The translations under genes and the position numbers were made by a program. Source: Azolla caroliniana (lineage: Eukaryota; Plantae; Polypodiophyta). Taken from it: 64,000 bases of DNA. Of this stretch, positions 39,851 through 52,669 are shown piece after piece (position 1 is the first letter of the stretch; every line of letters begins with the position of its first letter). The stretch covers positions 17,422,001 to 17,486,000 of the forward strand of contig JBHGNT010000011.1 in the NCBI GenBank assembly GCA_043228905.1, in the 5' to 3' direction. Under the pieces are notes generated by a model. The model made no database searches and was not told the origin of the DNA. It saw only the letters and a list, made by a program, of their open reading frames with translations.

Positions 39851-42849
39851 GGGGGTATGGAGGTTGATGCCTAACATCAAAATTTTCCATTTGAAGCAAT
39901 CCAATAAAAAGGAAACGTTATAACTATATAGGATTGCTCCAACAAATTTTGTAAAAATTTGGGGTTTCCCACGAGCATTCTTAGAAATGACAAGATCTTA
40001 AGGGCATTTTTGGACATACAAGAAAAGACAAGGGGATTCCATAGTTCTTCTCTTTGTTTTGGTTGTTTGTAGATTGTTAAAGTGAAGTTTACCGTAACAC
40101 ACACACACACATGTTGTTCATTATATTCCAAGATTACCCTCAAAAATATTGAAATGATCACCCTTCTCCTAGATTGTTTATATCTCACTTCTCTCCTCTC
40201 CGTGTTCTCCGTACTCACAATACTCTTGCCCTATTACTTTTTGCCTTTGCTTTTCATTACAATTCTAGAGAAAGTGAATGATAGGAGAAGGAAAGAGGTA
40301 ACATGTTGAAAGAGAATGGATATATGGGGAATTTTGAAGAATCAAATTGGGAAGTTGTAGTGAGAGGAGTACTTTGAGAACTCAAAGAAGTGAGAGAAGA
40401 AAGTACGTGGAGAGAAAGTACTTGTGAAGAAAACTAGCATTACTACCTAGTATTTGTTTTGTGTTATGCTTGCCCAATGAAATTGTGAATGGACGATAAC
40501 TACTCCTATGTGTCATAGAGAATGTACACTCCGGAACTTGCTTTGACGCTCGAGAAAAGTAAGTTATCAATGGCTCTTCTGTATGAGACACTATATTGTC
40601 GTTCTTTGGCTTGAGCCGGCCTTTATTTGATGAATCTCGTTTCGCAGTTTATGCTAAGACAGTGTGCAATTGATTTCATTATTAAATATATTTGCATGAA
40701 ATAACAAATGTTTTCAATCAACTTTATGATAAAGGAGTGTTTTATTGCCTTGTAGTTATAGTGCTACATGGCAATTTTCCAATAATTAAGGGATTTGTAA
40801 ATGCCTCCTTCTCAACATGGTCATATGGGAATCTTGTTCAAGTTCATGTTGGGGATTCGTAAATGTGGATGAATAAAAACTTCTACAGTATGCGATGACT
40901 CGTGTGTTTAGGTGGTTAGTAGGTGTCACAAACGAGTTGATGATCCTCCATATCATAATGGCTCATCGTGTTTGTTTTGTCTTGTGTTGGCTTTGCACTA
41001 TGACATTGCACATGGTGGGCCATCATTTATTTATTTACCTCGTTTGTTGTGAATACCCTTACATTTCACGAGCTTATGAGGTATGATACATACTCGTAGT
41101 TGGGGACGTCTTGATCCTCCTCATTGACATTACATCAATAAAGTAAAGTACGCCTTCAACATAGAAAGCCAACCATATGGATGTTCTCACGTAGATCATG
41201 AGCCCACAAGTCCTTCCTATTTAGGGAAGTTTGCAAATAAGGATGAAAAATGTTCAAATATTGTTGTCCAGAAATATCTCTGTATCTCCAATAATAAATG
41301 ATAGAGCATTGGATCTACTTGCAAACAAAGGAAGTCAATAATTTCTTGACTTCCTAAAGTATTTCATTCTAATAATGCGGCGTATCATATTAACACCGTC
41401 ATCGTATAATTTAATGTGCAAGATGATATTTCATTCAAGATGTGCAAACACTAAGATTATCAATAATACACAAATATCACAAACACTTTAAAGAATACAA
41501 TGAAGTTCTTTGATCCATTTACACATTTGGAGTTCCATCTCTCACATTAAAATAGTTGCTTATGAAGTCATGAACAACCAATGAAGAAAGTCTATCAAAA
41601 TAAGTTGATGGTATATCCATAAATACAAAACATTAAAGCACAATCAAATTTCAAGAATGTGGAAGTGGCATACAAGTGGATGGATTCAAGATATATTACA
41701 AATGACTATGGCCACATAAAATGGCAACAACCAAAACATGCATGACATTCCACACACACCACAAATATAGACACATAAAAAGTGCATTCATACCACAACA
41801 CTCAAAACGCGATCTATTAATACATATATGTATGTGTACCAAAACGTAATATGGCAAGATAACACACAAACATGTGCATCTCAAGAAAATTCCCTGTAAC
41901 GAGCAAGGGAAAAAATAACACATGACATACACAAACATGCATTGGCATGGTTTGTCAACATATGCATGCATATACAATAGTGATCACAAACATGTTGCAT
42001 GCACGTACAATATTAATCACAAACATATATGATATTCTATTTGTTATGCATTTCTAAGCTAGGAATGAGTACTTTCTCTTCTTATATTGTTGCTTTCATA
42101 TTATATTAATATTCAAACTAATCGATGAACATGTTGGAAATGTAAACTAAGCATCAAAAGTTGGAAATAAATGGGTTGAAAACTCGTGGCAATATTGGTA
42201 TGTAAAATATCAAACAATCTAGGGCTCCAAACAAGTCAAATAATATTTACGTCTACAATTAGTGAATGAATTGAACGTAACCACTCTTATGTTTGCATAT
42301 ACAGACGTATCAAGTTTCATGGCCACACATATTAATAGCCTAATGAAGTTAAACAAGTGGAAATTACTATTTGACAATATTAAGATAAATGGGGTGTTCT
42401 AAATTCTTATAATGTTCTTTCAATAATAATAGAGTTTTTCAAGACGATTTTCTATCATGAGTACAATCCAAAAATAGATTGCCACACTCATGAGATGCCT
42501 TTCATTTATTTCAATAATTAAATTGTTGTAAGGTTTTGCCTAGCAGAAGCTCAAGGCATGAGACGTCATGTCAATCAAATAACATCCTTATACTTTTTAT
42601 TCCACTGAGTTATGTTCCAAAACCTTGTTGTCAATTTAAAGATATGAAACGATTAGCAATTGTTCAAATGATAACTCTTACTTCAAAGTTATAGACTAAA
42701 CAACCACATGAGGAAACGAGTTAATAAAAGTCAATGTCCTAGTAGGATATTTAATCATGGCAATCCCATCCAAGAAGAATTATCGTCATTAAAGTTGAGA
42801 GTGTTCGGAAAGAGGACACATCTTTTTTGAAAGGTCGTAGTATGGTGTT

Positions 42850-43800
42850 AGATGCATATTTCACTAGGAAGAAAAAGAATAATACATCTTGTACTTATAT
42901 CAATTATATTGCATATTCTACTAGCATTATTAAAAATCAACATCCAATTTGATGTGTTCATGACATTTTTTAATGAACTTTGTGCCATTGGGGCATTTAG
43001 CATTGTATATCTTAAATCCATGTTGTGCACATATATAACGTTGATAACGATACACTCCAAAATTGCTTTCATGTATCTTTTTTGTAATTGCAGCTTACAT
43101 CGCTAACGCATCGTCTACATTTACAATAATGATCAATTGATATTCGCTTATTGAAACTTTGACATCAAAGGGTTATCATTTAATCAATCTTGCATGTAAA
43201 TTTGTATTTTTTTTGTAATTGCATCTTACATCGCTAATGCATCGTCTACATTTACAATAATGATCAATTGATATTCGTGTACTCGCTATAGTTATCATTT
43301 AATCAACCTTGCATGTTTATTGCATGTAAATTTGTATTTTTTTTGTAATTGCATCTTACATCGCAAATGCATTGTCTACATTTTTTCCCAAAACAAAATA
43401 TCCTTCCATTAGTTTTCAAATAACCTATCAGGTACAAACTACAAAATAGATGGAAAAGAAGAGAAAAAAGGGACTATCCCAATGGCTATCCATGGATCAT
43501 TCATTTAACTAAGATCAATGTCAACATCTAATTTGATTTCAGTATGACTACCAATTCTCCCATGTTGCCACATGCTTTCAACATACCAGAAAATGTCACC
43601 ATAGTAGTTAGAGACCTTGCACAAGCATTCAAGGATAGAGTTGTATAACATACCTCATTCTTATCCTGCTCAATATAACCCAATAACATGGCATCGTCTA
43701 CGTTTACAATAATGATCAATTGATATTCATGTACTCAAACTTCAACATCCTAGGGTTATCATTTAATCAATCTTGCATGTTGATTGCATGTAAATTTGTT
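42850..43800 (-). pseudogene. Degraded PPR-gene remnant with internal repeats of about 130 bp
   Basis: Minus-strand AMLLGYIEQDKNE and VTFSGMLKACGNMG resemble PLS-PPR helices. Repeated DNA units lie at about 43075, 43205, 43335 and 43690. Many stops are present. Confidence 0.45.
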
Positions 43801-44744
43801 GCTCAATGGAACTTTTAAAGACTTTGAAATAACCACAAAGCCACTAGTGAAACTGATGCACCATAAGATGATAAGATTGATGGTTCATCTAGTTGGATGA
43901 TTTAATCAATTTTTTTGTAACCTAGTTGCTAATGTAATTGTGTGTCAAACCGTCTACTCATGAAACATCATTCTCTTGTTGTAGAACTTCACGTATCCAT
44001 TCACTTAACAACCTACTATTATGTTTGTGGTATGTCACATTATCCATGATCATGACATGCTAAGTACGTGTTGTGCTTTTCACCACAAAACAATGATATT
44101 GGATTTGGTACCAAGGATTCAAAAGAAGAGGGCACAATAGAAAAATAAACCAAACAAGACATTGTAAAAGAGTATAAATGTATTCCATGCCTTTTTCTTT
44201 GTCTTCCTCATTCGTATGGTTTTGGCTATAACTTCTCACACACACACATGCATGTTTTTCATGATATTAGTGCCAATGCTTTTACTATGGGTCTTGTAAT
44301 AATTGTCTTGCATGTAATTTGTGGTGTAACATAACAATTTGAAATGTGTTTTATTCATTTATACATGCTTTGTGTACCATTAACTAGTGGTTAATGATTA
44401 AGCCACATTGTGGCACTATTTAGCTTAGTAGTTTTGATAGCTATATAAGAGCTAAGAGGAAGAGTTCAAGTAGGCCATAATATATGAGTGTTATTAACTC
44501 AAGAATGATTAACTACTCTTGCCCGTTTTGCCAACGAATTAGTAAACAACAATTAAGGCATGACACATGACCTCGAGAGTCGATACAAAGGTAGAACTCA
44601 GATGAATAGAAAAACATGAGCTTGATGCAATGTACCTAGAAGTGACACATGAACATAATGAAGTGCAAGTTATTGATTGAATAGTGTAGTCAAGAAGAAT
44701 GATAAAAGAAATTTTACCAATATATTGGGCATACTACATAGTTA

Positions 44745-45727
44745 GGAGAGCTAAGGTTCCCACACTGCCACGCTCCAACTAGTAGTGACTCATGTATTAA
44801 TAGCCATTGGAATGTGGTAATTCGCCTAACACGTTGTTGTTTCCAGATTTTTTGTCAAGCCTTCGTGATAATTGTATGAGGAACATGATATTGGCTCGCC
44901 ACATTCTATCTACTCAAACAGCTTGCGTGTAGGTTGCTGCAAAGTTATGGCACATATATAATGTTCGTCATACAATTATCACAAAGGGTTGGCAAAAAAT
45001 ATGGAAACAACAACATGCTAGACGAATTACTATGTTCCAGTGGCTATTGATACATAAGTCACTCTGGTTGGAGCGTGGTAGTGTGGGAACCCTAGCTCTC
45101 CAAACTGTCTATTGTGCCCAAATGCAACAAAATCGATCTAACACACTCAAAGGGATTGCACAGAGACTCATCAAATATGATGGGGGATTGGCTGCCTTTT
45201 GCAATTATGCCAGGTGCAAGGCACAATCAAGTGGGGGAATGTATGTTGGTTATCATGGCAGACCCCAATTGACAGATACAAACATCAGGAGGAGGGAATG
45301 ACTTTGGTGATAAATGCACAAGGGTTTTTTTTCCCACCATCAACAATATCTACTCAACTACTATTAATGCCAGATCTCAAGTTATGATGGAATTTGTCAA
45401 CCCAATAACTCTTTGGATTCTATGGAAACAACGATGTAGACGGGTTTTCTCCAACCAAACCCTGCATCCAATAACGTTAAAGCAAGAGATATAGAATGAA
45501 GTTGTAGCTACTCTAAAGAGCCAATACGATGACCTCGCGGGCGGATTCGATGGAGTTGAAAGACAATGACTAGCCTTCATCTAACAATGGTCGTCCTCTC
45601 CCTTTCTTGAGTCGATGAGCATCCATATAAGGTGGAACTATGGCGTCCCTACAAGGATTTGAATATAACAATCTCATATGTAAATTTTTATAACTAATGG
45701 AAGGAGTTTTTTTTTTGGAAAAAAAAA
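44745..45727 (+). mobile_element. L1-like LINE 3' fragment with an inverted (fold-back) 5' segment and poly(A) tail
   Basis: Frame-shifted ORF pieces FQWLLIHKSL and TLWILWKQRCRRVFS (zf-RVT and C-terminal). The 3' end matches 2417-2568. Segment 44745-44890 is the reverse complement of about 44955-45101. Confidence 0.8.
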
Positions 45728-46888
45728 CATTGTTTTTTATATGATTGGAATTTTAATATCCTTATATGTTTATCACAAGGAAGCAATGCGACTTGGAGAT
45801 TTAGTTTCATTCGTCGCTTTGACAATGTTGTATTGTATTTCCTTGTCTAATGCATACCTTATTTTTCAAAATCATTGTTAATGCAACAATCTATTTTATA
45901 AATACATATCATTGAAGTATAGATAATTTGGGACTTTTTAGGTTTGCTAGTTTACACAAATTCCATTTGTTGACACGATATAAATGTTTCAGGGTTTAGA
46001 AGCAACGTATTAGATTCAATAACGTTTGATTAGTACTACATCGCTCGAGATGTTTTTTAATGAATGTTACGAATGGGAATATACAATGTGACTTTGACAA
46101 AAATGTGTATAATAATGTGAGGAAAAGCAAGTTTAGATGTAATTGGCAATAAAGAATTTTAGCAAAGCAAGGTACTCTGACTCACAAACTTTTTCAAGCT
46201 AAATCTTGAATATCCTATGAGTCTCCTTGCTTGTGCCAAACACCCCATATTAACCAAAGAGTATGTGACTAAATCGTACAGAAGCATTTGTGTCATTGGC
46301 AAACAGAGTGGTGAACTTGAGCATGTATAGGTGGATGAGGTTTGCTCGTTCGAGGAAGAGAGAGAGATAGATTTATGATTGTCATCGTAGGTCAAATATG
46401 GATGTGCATGCAAGCGTCTACAAAGAGAGAAATAAATAGTTTTCATTATTGCCCTTTTTATGGAAGCAAAGCAAAACTTTTTCACATTTTATGTGTGGAG
46501 TTGATCAATGGATCTTAGAAACTTCATCGTTTGTGAACAACCCTTTCCATGCCTATGATATCAACAATAAGTGATTTGTTCTCAATAAGGGCCAAGACGA
46601 CTCATACCTAGGAGCATAGTATGAACCATACGGACCATACGTGCATCCGCATTCGCAAATGTTTTCAATCATTTGAGTATGGTAAATACCATACTTTGTA
46701 TTCATTATTTATTATAAGGTAAATTTTTCTTTTAAGGTAAGAAAGTCAAGGTAAAAAGTGTAAAAAAAAAACATAAGAATGTTTTCGTAACATACTCATT
46801 CGTTTACATTTGTGTGAAAAAAAATGTTTGCCAATGCATTCGAGTACATTACGTACTATGCCTAGAAGTGTTACCCTTCCATGGGTCA

Positions 46889-47362
46889 ATATTGAGTCCC
46901 AAGGGTCACCTTCTTCATCGTGGACTAGTTGAGGGATTGGGGGACATCACTTCCTAATGGCATATATTAGATTCTACATCAACACATAAAAGCACTCATC
47001 TATCCAATGCAACCATGCAAGTCTCAAAGGCTTCTTAAGTTAACCTACAATTAACATGCATCTAATCGCTACACTAACTAAGGAATACGTTGACTTAATT
47101 GAATAGATAGTTGTTTTGTATGCATGATATTGAGTCCCAAGGGTCACCCTTCATCGTGGACTAGTTGAGGGATCGGGGGACACCACTTCCTAATGGCAGA
47201 TACTAGATTCTACATCAACACATAAAAGCACTCACCTATCCAATGCAACCATGCAAGTCTCGAATGCTTCTTAAGTTAACCTACAATTAACATGCACCTA
47301 ATCACTACACTAACTAAGGAATATGTTGACTTAATTGAATAGATAGTTGTTTTGTATGCATG
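46889..47362. repeat. Tandem duplication, 238-bp period x2, high identity
   Basis: ATATTGAGTCCCAAGGGTCACC...GAATAGATAGTTGTTTTGTATGCATG starts at both 46889 and 47127. Confidence 0.95.
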
Positions 47363-49619
47363 TTAGAGACATGTAATATGTTTTTGTGAACCTTGGAAGC
47401 AGGGTTGAGGCATGCTTTGGAGAAGTTGGATAATCAAAATGAGCAGTCATTCATTGTCCTTTAGCATGCATTATGTGAGATATAGAATGACATATGATGC
47501 TATCAAATTGCATCAAAATAGAAGGAATGTTGAGCAATATATGTGGCATAGACTCTAGTGATAAAAGGTCGAAAATCCATATTCAGCTTGTAAAAAGATG
47601 GGGTTTTTTGAACCCAGTGTTGTTGAGACAATTGAAGCTACGCGAGTGTTCAATAGTTTTCTAGTTAATTATGTTGCAATTTTCTTTGTAACAGTGGACT
47701 ATTTTGTATATTGTCTTGGGCCACTTTATGTTAATACCAATGGAGGATATTTTTATGGGAAAAATAAAATAAAATAGAATAGATAGTTGTTAATATGTAT
47801 ATCTTGATTAATTAGTGTAGAAAAGCTACATGGAGGAATGTGGCTTAGTGAATGCAAAGGAGAGATAAGGCACCTAGAGACCTTTTTTTACATGAGAGGC
47901 CTTGCCTTTTTATACAAGTTGGAAACCCTAAAGGATCCCCTTCAAATTACAAGCCCGTTGACCACTATCTATTCCTATATAATAAAGGGTAGTTCTCCAC
48001 AAATGACAATATGGCCATGTTCCTCATCTACATTTGGCACACAACAAATATTCAAGAACAAAAATATTAATCCATATAGGGTTGTTAAACTAAAGAATGC
48101 AATATTATTTCCCTTAAAATCCATCCACACGTATTGGGTGCTTCATCCTCGGAGCATGAAAAGTGTGTATGGTTGGAAGGTTTTACTTCTTAATCGTTTG
48201 AAAATGTTAAGAATAATATCAAAACCTCCATTTCCTATGCGAATTTGTTGTTGTTGTCGATAATATTAACTATGACGATGTTGTTGTTAATGATGGCGTC
48301 AATGGTGTTGATCTCTCTCTCTCTCTCTCTCTCGGTGAAAACACACAATTATATTAAAAAATACGTGAAAAACACTACTTACAATGGGTGTGACACTGGA
48401 GTATGGTCACCCACTAACTACACTACACTACACGGGTAATTGGAACAGGTTGAATTGCCAATAGGCAAGATGAACACTCCACTAAGGAAAGAATTTCCAC
48501 TTGCTTCGATTAAGAAATTTGCCCATTAGTACTCGTTTCAACTTTCGTAGATATGCTTTCACTCCATGTCTACCATTGCATACAAAAGTGTTGTCGTAGT
48601 GTATTTCGTACACTACGTGAAAAACTTATAAAGTACCGATTTAATAAATATGAATAAATAGTAGAAAATATTAAAATATATATAACAAGCATAGGGCAAT
48701 ATCTAAACCTTGCACCTCCATGTTAATAATGTGAAACCTTACCATTACACTAACATTTCATTAGTGTTAAAAAGTAGATGTCCCACATAGAAACCTAAGT
48801 TCACCTAGGATAAACTTTACTTAAAAGAAAACGCATGCTAAAAGAAAAAAAACTACGCATGCAGCTCTAGCGTGTATGAACGCTATAGTTTATAAAAAAC
48901 GCACAAGTTAGAAAAAATATGATCACTTTAGATAAAGCATATAGTCTATCTATAGAAAAAGCATGGAGTCTATCGTTAGAGAAAACGCATGGGTTGGAAA
49001 AGACTCTCTCATCTCTATATAAGGATGAGGAGCACAATGTAATGGGGTGTGAAATACTTGGAAATTGGATATATTTCCGAAAACACCAACCAATATAATC
49101 GTGGGATTCACGAAAATAATATAATCTATACTTGTGGGATTCACAAGTTTCTTATATCTTTCTTTCAATCTAAATACTGATTAATAAAATATATTATACT
49201 TGTGGGATTCGCAAGTTTATAATAATCTATTCATAATTAAAATCGCCTCAAATTCTTCCTCTTCCTAGTCCAAAACCCCAGCGGTTCCCACCTGATTCAT
49301 GCAAACGATCTGACGCCAAAAGGCACGACAGCGTTGCGCATGTCCCAATTATGGCGCAATCCCCAATATCTCAGAAATAGAAAACGATCTCTACCTTTGA
49401 TTTTGGGTCAACCTATGTAAAATGTGCAAGCACCCACTGTCTAGGTGTCAAATAACATCGTGATAAAACTGGCCAAATTTGAGAAATGTAACGTCAAAAC
49501 TGACAAACAATTGGACATTGTATAAATCGATGAGTACTATATTCCATTTGAACAATGCAAAAGAAGCAATTACCCATTGCTAGTCCACACGCTCTAGAGC
49601 TAATCCCAAAGGCAATCCT

Positions 49620-50225
49620 CTAATCAAAACTCTCCAAAATGAAGACCTTTGTTACAAGTGACAATTTAGAATGCCAACTACATTGTAAGATCTGCCACCA
49701 CCCATGATCATATTTGTGTATTTTCCATTCTTCTTTATCCTTAAATGATAGCCCTCCAAGAGACTCAACAAAGCAATGATACAAAATATTAGTAGTCACT
49801 TGTAACAATGACGTTTGACCTCATAAACACCAATCAATCCACGGTTGTTCTCCTGTTTGTAGAGGTAAGGGACCTTGCATCAATGCAATATTTTGTAGTT
49901 GTTGCCAAATAAACCCATAATTAGGCGGGATGTGTAATAATTGTCGTGCTTCAACAAAGTCCAAAATTCTTTGAGATGAAGCCTCATCTATATCTCCCAC
50001 CTCTTTGATCCCTGAACGAAATAAATGATTAAATTGAGTGCACAATCTCTCATTTCCTGGCCAACATAATAACCGAGAAGACACAAGTAACTCTTTTTGC
50101 AAAGAATTACAATGCTCTCTACTAGATGATGGTTTCCATACACATAACAAAGAGTGCTTGCCATGAGGTAACCAAGTGTTGAACACATGAAGAGCCTGCA
50201 ATCTTAAGTGAAATACATTCATGGA
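49620..50225 (-). mobile_element. Probable degraded LINE ORF2 C-terminal fragment
   Basis: Frame-shifted minus-strand ORFs 49821-50222 and 49620-49808 show LINE-like Trp-rich text (SGIKEVGDI, FIWQQLQ, WHSKLSLVTKVF). No catalytic motif was seen. Confidence 0.45.
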
Positions 50226-50296
50226 GCCTTAATCATTGTTCTCCCATGTGTTAAACCCTTGTTCTCAACATGACGCTCGTACAAGCAGCAAGGGTG

Positions 50297-50341
50297 ATGC
50301 TTGAGGAGAAAAGCATGCCCAAGTTCTATTGGGTCGAAGCT
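50297..50341 (+). mobile_element. Tiny Copia integrase fragment
   Basis: ATGCTTGAGGAGAAAAGCATGCCCAAGTTCTATTGGGTCGAAGCT encodes MLEEKSMPKFYWVEA, compared with the Copia integrase motif ML....P..FWAEA. Confidence 0.6.
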
Positions 50342-50569
50342 ACTAGTTTCTAGAGGATGATGACACATCAATATCATGGCCATTGCCACCATTGTCATCA
50401 CCTAAACCCTAAACCCTAATTACCACAAGCAATTAAACATTGAGCATGCGTCCATCGCTCTACCATCTATTCTGTCAGCGACTACACAAATTGATTTCTT
50501 GGCATTGTATACACGGGAAAGGAAACTTGATGGAGTGTGTATTGCAACCAGAAACCAGGTGCAAACACC

Positions 50570-50658
50570 AAACCAACACGCACGCGCGCGCGCACATACA
50601 CACATACTTGATGCCATCAAAAGACCCAACATGGGCGTGGTTGCAAACATCACACCAA

Positions 50659-50691
<33 letters not shown>

Positions 50692-50775
50692 TTGATGCCA
50701 TCAAAAGACCCAACATGGGCGTGGTTGCAAACACCACACCAACACACACACACACACACAGAGTTAATGCCAAAC
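50570..50775. repeat. Tandem repeat (about 84-bp unit) with embedded (CA)n
   Basis: CTTGATGCCATCAAAAGACCCAACATGGGCGTGGTTGCAAACA occurs twice, separated by CA tracts, plus a partial third copy. Confidence 0.9.
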
Positions 50776-50929
50776 ATAGAGCCAGACAAAGGCACATCGC
50801 ATCAGGGACGAGCAGTAGTAGGGCGGATGTTGATGCGTATGCCTAGTCATGGATGGGTGTTGATGCGTTTGCATAGCCATGGATGGATGGATGGAGCACG
50901 TGTATGAGGGAGAGAGAGAGAGAGAGAGA

Positions 50930-50997
50930 GTTGCTCAGTTGGTAAGGTTGTCCAATGGAGATCAGGTGGTCCTTGGTTCAACCCCTACATTCCACAA
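50930..50997 (+). mobile_element. tRNA-derived SINE-like head (Pol III A/B boxes), degenerate
   Basis: A-box-like TTGCTCAGTTGGTA (50931) and B-box-like GGTTCAACCCC (50975) at tRNA spacing. No convincing cloverleaf. Confidence 0.55.
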
Positions 50998-51054
50998 TGG
51001 CATCTAGTGAATTAAGAGATACACATGAAGTATGTATATATATAATAGAGAGGT

Positions 51055-51122
51055 GAGAAAATTAGGTTTCGAACCCAAGATGTAGTGGTTGTAGTGTTAA
51101 CGGCTTACCATTAGGGTAAAAG
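51055..51122 (-). mobile_element. Second tRNA-derived SINE-like head on the opposite strand
   Basis: The minus strand reads TACCCTAATGGTAAG...GGGTTCGAAACC, with a canonical B box. Confidence 0.5.
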
Positions 51123-52669
51123 GAGAGAGAGAGAGGCATCCTCTTGGAAGAACATAAGCATGACACATCATGTCCTCAGCCAAAACAAAACACTGCCCTC
51201 AACAAAATCAAGAGCTCCCTGTTTCTCACTCTCTCACTTGCTCTTTCTCTCTGTGTGCGCTACCTCGCTTTGAGTCTCGCCATAGCTGCTTCTTATGAAC
51301 CTCAGATTGTCCCACACTGTATCTCAATCACCTGACACAGATCAAATCAATAATCTATTTAAAGTCCTTCTTCCCCTCTTCTCTCTACAATTAGGTTTAG
51401 GGTTATTGGGTTTTCGTCCATACCTTTTTTTTTATGCGAAACAAACTAGGGGCTTGTTTTCCATCCCCCCACTTGCTTGCTTGCTTTTTTTTTTTTTTCT
51501 TAGATCTATTTCTTTACAGCAGAACAAGACAGAAGCAGCGTTTTTTTCTTTGCGAGGTGCTCTTTTAGGGTCATCAGTGATATTCCATCTGCATCAGAGA
51601 CAATAATAGGTAACGAACGCTCTTGTTTTTCCTATTAGTTTCCTATTAGGTTTCGTATTTATTATCAAATGGCAATTGTCACGGGCATTCCCATAGCATT
51701 GAAACCCCTATGTATTGTTTTTCCTTGAAAAATGTTTATACAATAATGAGTAGAAAGCAGACATAAATTATATGGGTGACATATAGAGGAAACTTGAAAC
51801 ATGAAGCCCGAACCTTAAACTGCAAATCATAACCCTAATACAAAGAGCACTTTTCCAACTGCTTTACATAATATTTTGACTTACAAAGTTTCTATGTTTC
51901 CGCAAGGAATTGGTGGCCCATGTACTTATACCCTAACATAAAAAACAGAGATAATTTCTCAAGGACTTTTCATTAGCTGTTGGTTTACACTTCTGCATTT
52001 CCTTGATAAAGCAAAGATAATGCAAGGTTGCTTCTTAGCAAAATATCTCCTATGAAAAGAAGAAGCTTTACATCGGGGACAGCAGTTCTTCAATGAAGTT
52101 GATGTCGAAAGAACCAAAGTTGCATTGACAAGGAAATAAGCCTTTTTGGTATGGGTAGGTATTCCCCTCTCGTCAAGAATAGAGATATCATATAATTTTG
52201 AAGGATACTTTGATTCTCAAAATAGTTGATCAGAAGAGGCAAAGTTCTCTGACCAATTGAATATGCTTTCTCAGTGATTTATCAAAGCTCAGCATTCCTT
52301 ATCAGCAGAATAGACTTGATGCCGATATCAAAGGGTAGGGTATCTTGATTCTTAACAAAGTTAGTATCAGAGGAACAAACGTCTTTTGAAGAAGTTGTGA
52401 AACGTGTCTAATCAAGAACAGAGGGTTTCTTGAATCCAAGGATACTTATCATTCCTTGAAGGACGTAGTTACCTGAACCCTCAAGTGAAGATCTCAAAAT
52501 ATTTTTCATGAAGGGAAGGGTGAGGTTATTTGTATCTTTCATCAAGGGAACAATTTTTTTAGACGAGTTTAACTTTATTTTTTACACTCTCTCATCAAAG
52601 GATTCATATTGTCATTCGTGGATACTTTGATTCTCAGCAAAATTTATATCAGAAGAGATAACTAACAGC

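Noticed and set aside
50897-50902. CACGTG as an ABRE for the PP2C promoter
   Set aside because: It is a single hexamer without the ACGTG(G/T)C context or a coupling element, and is expected by chance.
50930-51122. Functional tRNA genes
   Set aside because: A/B boxes are present, but acceptor and anticodon stems do not pair convincingly, so they are treated as SINE-like.
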